A program made the position numbers and the translations under genes. A DNA stretch of 63,917 nucleotides, taken from positions 127,355,658 to 127,419,574 of the forward strand of contig NC_068984.1 of the NCBI RefSeq assembly GCF_001194135.2, in the 5' to 3' direction. Source of the stretch: Octopus bimaculoides (Eukaryota). Shown one piece after another: positions 49,979 to 62,964 of the stretch; positions within the stretch are counted from its first letter, which is position 1; each line of letters begins with the position of its first letter. The notes beneath the pieces were generated by a model, which made no database searches, was not told where the DNA came from, and saw only the letters and a list, made by a program, of their open reading frames with translations.

Positions 49979-51692
49979 ATTACACACTTAACTTATTAAT
50001 TTTATAAACTTTATAAACTGACTTTTGCCCCATGTAGACCATCACTGATTTGAATGGTTTCTGGTGTTTTACTTGGTGGAAAAATCCATATAAGAGTTGA
50101 GTAGACATAAATTATGTGTGATCTCAGATCTTAAGACTACATGAAGTTAGCCAATCAATGCAACAACAACGAAAGTTTATTTTGTTTGATAATTTGTTTA
50201 CAAAATCAAACATTTTTGTATTAATTTGGAAATCCACTAAAAGTTACTTATTAGGCTTGTGAAGGATGTATTTATGTTACAATGCCCTACTTGAAAAGCT
50301 ATTCAAATCTGAGATAAAAAAAAAATCTTAGTTATATATAAGCAACAAGAAATTAAAATGAGAAGTAATATTATCCTCAACTCCCTTGATATGCTTCATA
50401 GCACAGATTATAAAATAATATTGCTTTGAACCAATTTCTACAATATATGGTTGCATAACAACTGAGCCAATGGCTGTATAGAAATAGATTTAGAACATTT
50501 TGGTATTATACCAATACTGTTTCATTTAACAATCAGTTGGCAGGAGATTACCAAGCAGATTTTGAGTTTTGTTAAAAGCTTGTTTAATCTAAGACAGTTT
50601 GTCATGATAGCTATGGGTGTAGAAGGTGGAAATTTTATATCATTTTCAAGAAACAGAAATAATCAAAAAGTAATCCATTCAACAAAATTCATCTCGCAAA
50701 CATCAGTTAAATTTGTTCAGCGAATCCTATGAAATTGATAATTATCTTTTTTGTCAGAGGATTTTATCTGTTACTTGTCTCTATGTGTTATATAAATATC
50801 AAATTATCTCAAGTTGAAATAATATTTTACTGTAAAGAACTATTTTTTGACACATTCAGTATAGAGGAAGGGACATTGCCCATGACCATTTCAGGCCATC
50901 TTGCAAAGCTCGTGTGCAACACCTCTTCCTCTAGACTCAGTTTGTATTGAATGAATGGATAACTGAATTCTACAAAACATCTCCACTATTTTTCTCTATT
51001 ACTGAGTCAGGAAGAAAGGTAATATCCACAGATATTTAACAGAGCCTCTGAAGGAAGAAAATATTCCCAAATTGAAGATCAAGCTTGTATATTTACAATA
51101 GAGAGTACTCTGCTAAAGCAACAAAGAATTAGGTTAAACCAGGTGGTGGTTATTTCCATCATAAATCAGCAACTTTCTTTGAAGTAAGGCATTTCTAAAT
51201 ATGATGTCTTTAATAATGGATATGCTGAAGTATGGTGAACACACTTGAAAGGGCTGTGCACAGGTCTTTCCCTCCCTTTGTTCACTTTAGCTTAGGCAGG
51301 GTAGGGGACCTTCAAAATTTAGTGAGGTTGATACAATTAATATTCAAACTGAACTTCTATAGATAGATGCAAAAGGGGAAATGCAAGCAAGGAGTGCCAG
51401 ATGGATGCTTTTATGCGGTAAGAGAATTGAGAAAAATATTTAGTTCAGGATTTAGTGAAGAGGAATTAAAATTAGGCAGAGCAGAGAAGAGGCAGGTGCA
51501 TTGAATAGGTTTGGGCAGAGGCAATTTGAGAAATATAAATAGGAGAGTAATGGGCTAACCTATATAGTAATAACAAAAAAATCAGTTGTAGAAATTGTGG
51601 GTATGAAAACAACCAACCCAGTAGATAGGTGTTTAGATGTTGAAAATATCAGGTTTTGTGGGATCACACAAATTACTCATTTAGTTCATCAG

Positions 51693-51912
51693 ATTGTTGT
51701 TTGTTTGATTTTATAGCCAATTCAGTAATGATCCAGTAGACCTAAGAAAACAGTGTTCTAACTATAAACAATCTGTTATTTTTTCAGACATTTATGATTA
51801 AATTATCTAATGTAACCTTTTTTTTTTAATGATAAGGAGTATGATTTAGGAAGATTTGGCTGATAGTTCAAACAGGTTAAAGTGAAAACGTAGAAGCTCA
51901 GAGCTGGCTGAC
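51693..51912 (-). mobile_element. SINE family E, old copy
   Basis: ttgttgtttg...gtagaccta...ttaggaagatttggctg. Confidence 0.55.
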
Positions 51913-51959
51913 CATTAATCAAGTAGTGCAATGACTAGCATAGCAGTATAAGCATCATC

Positions 51960-52290
51960 AACAGCTACAAGGCAAATAGCATGAATTAATAGAAACAAGC
52001 TTCTGGAGCAAGTCATGAATGTAGTTGTAAACATCATAAAATTTGCATACATAAGTGACACTTTTAATTTGTGCCAGAATGTGGAATCATAGATGTCATT
52101 TTATAAAGGCAGCTTCAAGAGAAATTTTTAATGGTTCTTCTTTGCATTCATCCACCTGGAGAAGGCTTGTGAATGGGTTGTAGCCTCTTATGTTTGGCAA
52201 GCACTGAGAATGCAGAGAGTAAATAGCTTATGAAAACCAATTCAGACCATATGTGAAAGTGCTGTAAGGGTAGCAGTTAATTTGATCTGT
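51960..52290 (+). mobile_element. RTE LINE reverse transcriptase fragment
   Basis: KLLEQVMNV; FVPECGIIDVI..RQLQEK; FAFIHLEKA (cf. AFIDLEKAFD); VWQALR. Confidence 0.75.
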
Positions 52291-54064
52291 AATTTCCTGC
52301 ATATGTAGATGTTTTCTAGGGCTTGTATCTCTACTTTCATTATAGTTTTAAAGTCATAATGCAGGATTTAAAAATACCATTATTTTTATATGGAATGAAA
52401 CTGATTCTCATTTCAGAAATGTGTCAAAAATTGGCTTGGTCTAGAAGATTGGCCAGGCCAACATATCAGGATGGTTCAAACCAAAGTATTAACGAGCAAG
52501 AGATATCACAAAATTCTGATGCCATTTGGGAAGTGACATTATGCAGTGTAACTAATTGTTTGCATTGAGTACACAAAGTATTTATGTATTTTGAGGGTTG
52601 GTTAAGAGCTCAACTTCAAATTACTAATCACACAATCATGAAGTTGGAGATGATAAATACTTTCATTTAGGTGAACAGAAAAATGCTACCGAGCTTCCCA
52701 AGCAGTTACTTCTTGAAGCACTAATCAGTGTGGATACTGTTTAGAGCTGGAATAAAGAACACTAAAGTGTTGGTGAAGATTGTATGATAATGTAAGTGAA
52801 GCAATTAAAGGGATATATTTGACCCATTCTACCATATCTTTTACTCTTCACAAAGACAATATTGTGTAACTTTGTCTCTATCTTTTTCTCATGGCCATGT
52901 GTCATCAATTGAAGACTCAAACAATTCCATTCATAAGAAAATATCTAAGGCTAACTTTACAAAAGTCTACAGTTTTAGCATTGTGCACATATAAGTTAGG
53001 GTTGTTTTAGTACATTCATTAGACTGTTTAGAGTCACATGAGCCTAGTTATATCTAAGAAAGACAATTTGCTGAATATTCTCATTAACCACCAAACAATA
53101 TTATATCTATTAAAATAGATATTACAGAATCAGAATGTTGATATTATAGAGTTAGAATGAAGAGTTTTCTCTTTTTCTTCATCAGATAATCTGATTAATA
53201 GTCAGACAGATGAGTGAATATAGATATTCTTTATAGTCTATAATTCAATTTAGCATCTATAACTCATATACAATGGTCTCCTAATCCAATATTCTTGTAT
53301 TAATCTATTAGTTTAGGTTTTCTATAGTTTGATCAGCAGGTAAGTAAAGGAAAATACTGTCTGTCAATGTGATATCTAGAAGTTAATTTTTTTTTTAAAT
53401 GATCTATATCACACAGAAATGACTGTTAATTTCTTTTGATTGATTACAAATCTCTGAACATTGTAAGCAAATTGACTAGTGACCTAATTAACCATCTCCA
53501 ATTACAAGTATCGAAGTTGCTTGTCTCCAACCATGAAAGACAAAGACTGAGAATTATGCTTGTTTAACCTTATCTTCTAAGATAGCAAGACTTGAAATCA
53601 GAATTATAATATTATGTATTCTGTTTGCATTCTTTGAACCTGAGACTGTCAGTTTTCATAATTTTTTATTTTTCATTTATTGTAAACAATCAGAATCATA
53701 AAAGACAATAGACTGTCATAGAGTGTGGTTGCATAACATTGTTTACAATGCAATATGACAATATGTTTGGATGAATAGCAATGCTCTTCCTATCTATTTC
53801 TATTGTGTGTGAAAATCTATCTGAAGTGTTCTGGGAGACACTGGTCATATTCAATATATTTATTTTCTCTTTCATTGCTGATTCAGTTCTTGCAGTAAAC
53901 TGTATAATATGAATTCTGTAATATACTGATAGGATTCCCAATGCTATCTCCTTATGGTTAAATATACTGATGAATTTAGATAGAACAATTTCCATTTATA
54001 ACACATATATCTACATACATACACACACCCAGATATATTATATTTATGTACATATATCTATATA

Positions 54065-54065
<1 letters not shown>

Positions 54066-54114
<49 letters not shown>
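54066..54114. repeat. (TA)n microsatellite
   Basis: Perfect run. Confidence 0.95.
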
Positions 54115-54119
<5 letters not shown>

Positions 54120-54840
54120 GTATATAATATGACAAAATTTTTAAAATCAACACGGTCACTTGACCTGGAAACTGATGTCAGTATCCACCAAAACATACCA
54201 TAGTCTTTTAAAAAATGAAGAACATATTGAATAATGTAATCCTAAATATACTATGGCTAAATACAAGATGGGTTCATAAGTCAATTTGATCAGGTCTGAT
54301 CTAGGTGAAGCAACAACATGACGCTTTATTTTCATTATTCAAACATTGTTTGCTTGTTCAAAATTTATCTTGTTTGTCAATATTGTCTTTTCTTCTACAT
54401 TTCAATAAAAAAAGAGTTTAATTTTGAAAGATTTGCTTGCTGAATAAGGTTCTGCACTTGGTAATTTATTCTGGTAGATAGGATAGCTACCAAAATAAAA
54501 CAATAAAATATCCAATGACAATTGGTCTACATAGTATAAAAAAAAATAATAAGGTGAATGTAATTTACTGTTAAATAAATCATGGGGGAAATATCTTAAC
54601 CAAATATACCCAGATAAACAGATATTTTCTCGAATTAGCTATAAAAAATTGATACTCCATTAGGTTTTTGCTTAGAATTACTATATCTGTTACTACAATC
54701 AACTGATATTTACTTCGTTAATATGAAGAGTTAGTATATATATCTAGAGTTAATCAAGTTAATCATTAACCCTGTTACATGATATCAATCTTAATGGTCT
54801 CTTATGGTAACTTCAAACACATACACACATACATACACCA

Positions 54841-55035
54841 TGTGTGTGTGTGTTTGTGTGTGTGTGTAACATTGGCAAAGATACATCTTAAAGATGAGAC
54901 TCCCTGCTGAGAGCAACAAAATACTTCAGCTCTGATTGGGTGCTGATCTTCTGTTACATTCAAGCAAAACCCACATTGGATTACTGCTAACAACGTGGTG
55001 GTGTTGTTACACACACACACATACACACACACACA
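54841..55035. repeat. 195-bp segment bounded by 31-bp inverted microsatellite-like arms
   Basis: 54841-54871 and 55005-55035 are reverse complements at 30/31 positions. Confidence 0.6.
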
Positions 55036-55870
55036 CATACACACACACACATACACACACACACACAACCTAAATCATATCAAAGAGATAGCAATTATAA
55101 CTAATTGGTAAAGATTCAATCACCAAGACACTAATTATTGATTTACAAGCATAATGTTTCTTCTGCAATAGTGGCCTCCACTCCTCTGAGCTAGTGAGTT
55201 GCATACCCTCTTCCATCTTGGATCATCTGTTTCTTTTCCTCTCATCACTCCTACTATGTTACATCTCCCAGATCTTGCATTAAAACATTATTTTCCTACA
55301 GACATAAACCACATCAATCTCACCAATCTGCAAAGGTCAATTCCTCCTTTGATTATCTTACGAAAAAAATATAAGCAGAAAAAAATGAACTTAAAGATGC
55401 TAAAAGATGGTGATTCTATTATGTTAACAGGACAGATTCTTTCAAAATATTCATTGCTGGGTATGAATTAACATCACAGGGTGTTAATTCACACAATTTA
55501 TTGAAGCCTGCAAAGGTCAGGGAAACCACTTTTTCACCTCTTATTAACCTGTATATCAAAAAAAAAAATCCTTCAAATTGACATGTGTTGCATTTCAAAT
55601 GTCTGATGTGGAATTTTTCAATCTAATACTAAATTATATTTTTTAATTGACAGTTTAAATTTAATATAGTATACATTATTGGAGTTCATGGTTTACTACA
55701 ACATATCAATAGAATTAGAACTGAACTGAACTGTACCAAGTGAAAGTTTTAAAAAATGTTAGAGGTTTATTAAATTTCACAGGCTGTTGGAACAAATTGG
55801 TTAAATACATCATTTTGAATTCTAACTCCCCAGTTATGCTGTCATCTAAACTACTTATGTGTCTTTGCAG

Positions 55871-55994
55871 ATTGAGAAGAATGTATCACCAAAGTAAAGA
55901 CCAAGTTGCAAAGTTACAAAGAAGTAATTACAAGAGCATAGAAGATCACTTCTTTAAAGATCCATCCATATTCACAAAATATTTCCTACCATAA
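55871..55994 (+). CDS. Weak candidate plus-strand terminal exon (R-LRRMYHQSKDQVAKLQRSNYKSIEDHFFKDPSIFTKYFLP*)
   Basis: tgtgtctttgcag|A TTG AGA...CCA TAA; phase 2 start fits 15914-16020. Confidence 0.25.
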
Positions 55995-56291
55995 AGTGTA
56001 GTGTTAGTATGGTTAGCTATCAGTTTAAATTTGATCACTTAGGCCAACTAGAGCAGATAATCATACTAGGATTACTTTGATGTGAGGGAACATAAATCTG
56101 CCAAACATACTCCACATCAATTATAGCTAGAGTTAGTATTAATTTACCTTAATTATTTTGAATTTGTTCAGTAAAACTTTTGTTAATCCCTTGTAATCAT
56201 CTTTCCGTCAAATAAATCAATTCTTTTGAAATATTAAATACAAATTTTCTATAATTCATATTTCAAACTTCTAACTTTTTCTGTCTTAAAG

Positions 56292-56426
56292 GAGCAATTT
56301 GGAATTTCAAAATGGCGAGAAAATGAATTTGATTCTTATGAAGTTGAACAAATTAATAGCTGGTGCCTGATGAATATTCATCATTCTGATCAGTCAAAAA
56401 TTGATTATCTTCTTAAATGCAGCTAA
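56292..56426 (+). CDS. Weak candidate plus-strand exon (EQFGISKWRENEFDSYEVEQINSWCLMNIHHSDQSKIDYLLKCS*)
   Basis: ttctaactttttctgtcttaaag|GAG CAA; branch-point-like ctaac; 44 open codons. Confidence 0.25.
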   Translation, partial: EQFGISKWRENEFDSYEVEQINSWCLMNIHHSDQSKIDYLLKCS

Positions 56427-57122
56427 CAAATTTGAATTATCTACAAGAAATCATGTTAAGAGCTCCTTGCTTTAGGATTTGAAACAACTTAATGCCTTAA
56501 TAATGCAATTACCTGATGCTCATAAGTTGAAACTATAATGCTAATGCTTCTGTTTTTTAATATGAGACAAAAAGTTGTTGCCAAAAATGTGATCTTTGGC
56601 AGTTGAAAACAAAACATCTCTCAATACCTCTTTCAGTTGTACAAACAGATACAATTATCATTTGCCCAAAGTAGGTTTCCAACTTGCTATTCTAGAAATG
56701 TTTTACAAAACATTGCCAATTTTTAGACAAATAGTTGATATCTTGAGGTTAACCACAATACCAATGTTCACAGTGGTAATATATATAGTTTGGAGAGTTA
56801 ACTTCAGTATATTATTTATATTTTTTTTATTGACTCTGGAAGGATAAAAGGCAAAAGTGACCCTTGGACAGATTTAAATTCAAAATGTACAGAAATAGTC
56901 ATAAACGTATACAATCTAACACTCTGTTTCTGCTGGCTTTCAGCCATTTATGTACAAAATTTATTGAAATGATAACTCAATAATATTCTGATGTCTGTGA
57001 CATTTGGAAAATGTTAGGTAAATCTCCTACAAAATTCTTAGCCAGTGGATAAAAATATGTAGTGGTTCACTTTTCATTTCTTATCTACAGAAAAATTCTC
57101 ATCAAATGACATAAATTTGTTT

Positions 57123-57325
57123 ATTATCATTATCATCATCATTAACATCTGTTTTCTATGCTAGCATGGGTTGGACAGTTTGACTGAAGTTGGTAAGGCT
57201 GGAGGCCACATCTGATTCTGTTGTCTGTTCTAGCATGGTTTCTATATCTGGATGCCGTTCCTAATGCCAATCAGTTTACAGTGTATACTGGGTGCTTTTT
57301 ATGTGGCACCAGCACCAGTGCTTAT
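57123..57325 (-). mobile_element. Family C/D SINE 3' part
   Basis: catcatcattaacatctg...ctatgctagcatgggttggacag...ggatgccgttcctaatgccaa...gtggcaccagcaccagtg. Confidence 0.75.
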
Positions 57326-57409
57326 GACTTAATGAATTTTTTAAAACTGTTTACACTAATTCAGACAATTAATAATTTACTAAACTTAAGCATATCTTTT
57401 CAGAGATTT

Positions 57410-57800
57410 GTGGTCAGTAGACCAAGATATATGGTGGTCTCAAACAAAATTTTAAATAATGGTTAAGAAAATACAATTAGACAGTAGACAAAGATGTATG
57501 ATAGTCTACAAAAAGGTCTTAGATTGTGGATAAGAATATATAGTGATCTGTAGCAAAGTTCTGTAGCCAAAGTTATATAATGTACTAAAACAAAGGTTTT
57601 AGTGAACAAAGATATATATGGTCAATAACAAAAGTTTTAGTGTATAAACATATATACAGTATCTATAACTAAGTTTTTAAGACGGCAGCCAAATATACAT
57701 GGTGCTTCTAACAAAGTTTTTAGGCAACAGACAAATAAATAAGAGGTCATGTCTATTACAAAGATCTTAGATATAGAAGAAAAGTATCTAAATGGCAGTT
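57410..57800. repeat. Degenerate minisatellite, period about 41-43 bp
   Basis: Recurrent aacaaag(g)ttttag and agac/gaacaaagatatat motifs at roughly 42-bp spacing. Confidence 0.55.
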
Positions 57801-58509
57801 GAATCAATGAGAAGTGGTTTTGTCATCCATAATGTAGAAAACAAGTGATCACTAGCCACACAAACTTATAAATTCAATCATCTTATTGATTAGATAAAAA
57901 TCTCATGTGAAAATATTTGTGGCAGTTCTTAGTGGAGAAATATAATTAATAAGCCCTTATGGAGTTAAATAGGACCAAATCTCAAAATATGAATATTTTC
58001 TGTAATTTTGTATTTATATCACAAGTCAGTCATGAAGATTTGTGCAGAGCATAGACTCCATGGAAACATATTCCACATTTCTTAATTGATTCCATTGATA
58101 ATTCAGTTTATATTTTAATCCAAACTAAAATTCCTTTTTTTTTTTTTAGTTTAAAGTTGAAAACATGCATACTCTGTTCAGTATCTGCTAATAAACTGTT
58201 AAAAATTGGATGCTTCTGGTATTTATAAGAGCAATCCCCCATTATGACCTTAGTGTAATTTTATGATCATTATAGCTAGTCTTAATTCTCAATTCTCTCT
58301 CATATTACTTGGGCCTAAGATATGACTACTGTCATTCAATCATGTCACATTTGTATTCTGCTGACTTTTTTTTGATTTTTTTAAATAGTAAGAGTTTGAA
58401 CATTGATATTTGAAATTGAAGTCTATTACATTCCATGTGGATGGCATCTTTGATTCATTTAATCTCTAGACAATTTTACTCTCCTGTACCAATAAATGTT
58501 TAATCTTAC

Positions 58510-58601
58510 GTACATTTACTTAGTGATTCTTTCATTAGCACTTTGTCAAGTGTAGCGAAAGCTCTGCTTTTGGTATTGACATCAGAATAAACCCAAAACA
58601 T
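58510..58601 (-). CDS. Candidate first coding exon (MFWVYSDVNTKSRAFATLDKVLMKESLSKC-T)
   Basis: Open frame from about 58660 to the donor TAC|gtaaga (alternative AA|gtaaat at 58520); local CpG enrichment. Confidence 0.33.
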
Positions 58602-59285
58602 GTCTGTCTGAAGTTGTCTGTCGTACTTGCCGTTGGTAAAATAAAAATAACATTATCTTTTTATAATAACTTTTTTTACTTTACTGTGTATTTATTTCTG
58701 GATGGATTCTTAATGCATCGTGCATTAAATATGTTAAAGCTAACTTATCTACTGTCACAATGTTTATATTAAGTTTGCTCTAAGATTCACAGATTTGTTG
58801 AAATTACACCATTTCTTTCAGAGCTTAAATAAAGAGTGTTAATCTGTCGCAACATGTGAAATATACTGATGGCAATACAACTATCAGCTATTGTGATAGT
58901 AAGTTTTTAGACAGGCATGACATTACGTCCATTTTATTTATACAGATAAAATGTTCCAGTGACAGGTTTTATCTGTAATAACCTTGAATGCTAATTTCGT
59001 TTAAACTTGGGAATATGACTGAATAATTCTTAAGAGTTAGTGGAAGGAGATAGGACACTGCTTTATAATGCATATTGAAGAGAAAAGGAACATGTGAAAA
59101 GGGAGATAAAGGCAGTTGATATTGCAAATCTATGTAAACTTCGACTCAACCTGTCTAAATCTAAGTATAGCAGACTACACTGAACTAAATACTTCAAAGA
59201 ATTTATTTTACTTTCTTTAAGGTTCAAATTAATCAGGTCTGACTTGGCTTTTCTATTGCTGGTAGTGGCTGGGATTGATTAAAAG

Positions 59286-59326
<41 letters not shown>

Positions 59327-59639
59327 TCAGTAAATAGTGAGGTTGTGTTAACCGCACGTGGAGAAATAATAGGAAAATGAAAAATAATAATAAGGCAGAA
59401 TGCTATATCTTTCTCATAAGAATAGTTATACTTATTAAATAAGTCACCACTGTATTTGATAATTAAGTTGATCATTATTCAAGGGCAAATGATGATGAAA
59501 ACTTCTTCAATTCGATCTTGAAATTTATAACTGCTGAAGTTGCAGCATTAGAAAGTGGTGTTACATTAAACATAGCCAACATTTTTTAATGGCCTGAATA
59601 ACTTTGCACAAACAGAAACATCACATTCAAATACAACAG

Positions 59640-60200
59640 ATCTCATATTAAAGATCTTAACAAACATCAATACACACAACACTGTCACACAACAAGATCA
59701 CCATCACACAACCACATTACCATGATACAACTACAACATCATCACCATACAATTACAACATTGTCACACAACAGCAACATCATTAGCTCAAAACTACAAC
59801 ACAATCATATAATCATCATTATTACACAACAATAATATATAATCATACAACTACATCGTTGCCATACAGGAACAGTGTCACACAGCTACAAGAGATTCCC
59901 ATTCAACTACATCATCAACACAAAATTGCATTATCATGCAACCACATCATCATCAAACAAGTACATCATTACCATAACATCATCATCACACAACTGCATC
60001 ACCATCTTAATACAGCCACAACATCACCACCACACAACTAGCACATCATTACACAACACTATCATCACAACTACTGCTACATTGATCCTACCCTCGAATA
60101 TCTCTCAAGGAACAACAAACTATCCCACCTAATAAGCATCATTCTGCTGTAGCATTATACAACATCAACACATCAAGTCACAAAACTATAAAACATCCAC
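59640..60200. repeat. Cryptically simple CAA/CAT/CAC-rich, G-poor tract
   Basis: Directly visible strand asymmetry without an exact period. Confidence 0.7.
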
Positions 60201-60659
60201 CAGTTTACATAAAAACACTTGTCAAATCATTCTCAAGATTCAAGATAAATTTGATTGACACTACTTCACTGACAAAGTTACTATGGAGCTAATAGCATCA
60301 ATGAAACAAATGAAATTCTCACAGAAAGCATCTTAGCAGACAGAAAATACATCCAAAAGGAAAATTACACAAGTGCCTGCCATTAGCAGAACACACAAAG
60401 AATACTAATCTAAATAAAATAATAAAACAACGAATGCTCACTTAACTACACTAAAATATTTCAAACTTAAACACTAACATAAATGCAACCATACATAAAC
60501 AGAAACACTGTAGTAACACCTAGAACAAGTATTTTTATAATAAATATTTATTTTTGATAATTATTTCACCAGTTGAGAAAGAAGCTAGCTACCTCTGAGA
60601 AAGTGAGTGCAAAAAAAAAAAAATATCCCAGTCAATTTAATCAGCAACTCTAGTTGTTT

Positions 60660-60830
60660 CTAATGGAGTGGGTGGGGGAAAAATGCTTTTAGGTTTTAGT
60701 TACATCTCTGTATGTTCTAAGCTCAAATTCCACCAGGACTGGCCCTGCCTTTTATTACTATGTGATCAATAAAATAGACACCAGTCAAGGGTTGAGGTTA
60801 ATATAATTTACCATTCCCTCCTTCAACAGC
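60660..60830 (+). mobile_element. SINE family B, old copy
   Basis: aaatgctttt...gttctaagctcaaattccacc...gccttttatt...caataaaata. Confidence 0.55.
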
Positions 60831-62132
60831 CATGGCCAATTGCCTGAGTTAAAAACTGTTGTTCCTCTTTTCTTCTTGTTCTTGTTCTTCTTCTAATCAT
60901 CATCATCTTCTCTTCTGAGCAACATGGGATTTCCAGTTTCTGTAAGTTTTATGTTTTTCAGTATTTCTATTTTTTTCACCTAAAAGGAATACACTTTGTT
61001 TTTCCTTGATAACTTTTTGATAAGCTAACAAACATTACTGAGGTGCAGTTTTTCTCTGTTAAAAACCACCTCTTATGGGACGTTTCCATCAAGGAAATCA
61101 GTAATTTCGTAAAAATTAAAAACATTTTTCTGTTGAAGAAAAAAAAAAATGGATGCTAGAAAACAAACAAAAACAAAACCATCATGATGTTTACAGTGGA
61201 TGGAGACAATTCTAAGAGAGAGGAGGAGAAAAAGTGTTCAGAATTTTTTTGATTCGAGAACAAACAGTTGTAAGGTCACCATGACAACGAAAGACTTTGA
61301 TGCCATTTCCAAAGCCACCTCTACTGTTATGCTAACATGACTGCACAGTAATGAGAGCAGCAATAACACAACTACCTTCACCACCAACTCAAGTTGATTG
61401 AATAACTTCAGGGAAAACCTTCACTGCCATCTCCATAGTTGGTCTCCAAAACCAACAACAATCACAACAGCACTAATGCAACAAGCAACAATATCTCCAC
61501 TACTATAATAAGAAAACAAATTTTCCAACAGCTAATAACAACAGCAATATTGCCTCCACCATCGGCCCTGAAACCAACAAAAGTAACACTTCCACCAACA
61601 CCATCACCATAACTGTGACTCCGAACATGCACAAGTCGATGCCATTTGCAGGCACCATGCAGTGGTGCAGTAGTCACTTGCTACAGGACAGATGTACCAC
61701 TCTAGGACACACTGGCCCACACACAATGGCAGGGTGTATAATTCTTGCTGTCCATAGAGATTACAGCCTACTATTATTCATGCTAGTCATGCAGACTCTT
61801 ATGTAATATGAAACCATCAAATCAGTTACTTCTCACATGATAGCTGTTGTCTCTGAAATATTGCATTTTGCAGAAAGCCAACTAAGTGAAGCCATGTGAA
61901 CTGCCTATAAAAGAACTAATGTCACAATGACAATAAAAAATACAGCCATGTGACTCTTGAACTAACCAAAGATGCTTGTATCTATGCATTCTCATCTGAA
62001 AGTGATTTTATATTTCTTTTAAATTCTCTTTACACTGTTTCTGAACATCTGATGACTTGGATGTGTCCTATGTCCACAAAACTAAATTATGTGAAGCTGA
62101 GTCAAACTACTATTAAGGATATACATATATTA

Positions 62133-62167
<35 letters not shown>

Positions 62168-62322
62168 ACACGAAACCTATACATTATATAACATAATTGC
62201 TTATTCCCTTCTTATTTATTTGATTTCTTATTACTGCTCTGTACTTGTCAGATACTTTTTTTGTGAAGCATACGCATATTGAGTAATAACACCAAGTTAT
62301 TAGTATCACTATGCCTAAGTGA

Positions 62323-62366
<44 letters not shown>

Positions 62367-62409
62367 ACACACACACACATGCATATCTGCATACACACAC
62401 GAAAAATGT

Positions 62410-62618
62410 ATCTTTTGTCTTTTACTTGTTTCAGTCATTAGACTGCAGCCATACTGGGGCACCACCCTGAAGAATTTTAGTCAACCCCAGTACTTATTCT
62501 TTTGTTAAGCCTGGCACTTATTCTATCAGTGTATTTTGCCAAACCGCTAAGTTATGGGGACATAAACACACCAACACTGGTTGTCAAGTGGTGATGAGAG
62601 ACAAATACAGACACAAAG

Positions 62619-62665
<47 letters not shown>

Positions 62666-62666
62666 A
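62410..62666 (-). mobile_element. SINE family A 3' half
   Basis: cttttacttgtttcagtcattagactgcagccatac...gccaaaccgctaagttatggggac...ggttgtcaag. Confidence 0.85.
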
Positions 62667-62964
62667 ATGAATTAGTAACAATTGATGGATAGGTGTCAAT
62701 TCATTACAGTTGTTTCTAACGAATCTTTTAATTGGTCAATGAGTACATTATATCATTATGAAAAATTGTTTTCATCAGACAAATACATGAATTTTACAAT
62801 CAAGGACATTTAAAAAAATTTTTTTTAAATGTTCTTGTTTTTAAAATTCATGTATTCATCTGATGGAAATGTTTTTTTTTATGATGATATAATGCACTAA
62901 TTGATCAATTAAAAAATTCATTAGCAATGGCTGTAATGAAAGAAATACAGGTACTACTCATTTT

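Noticed and set aside
51150-51560. Possible RT fragment
   Set aside because: Resemblance to the GxxQG region is too weak to call
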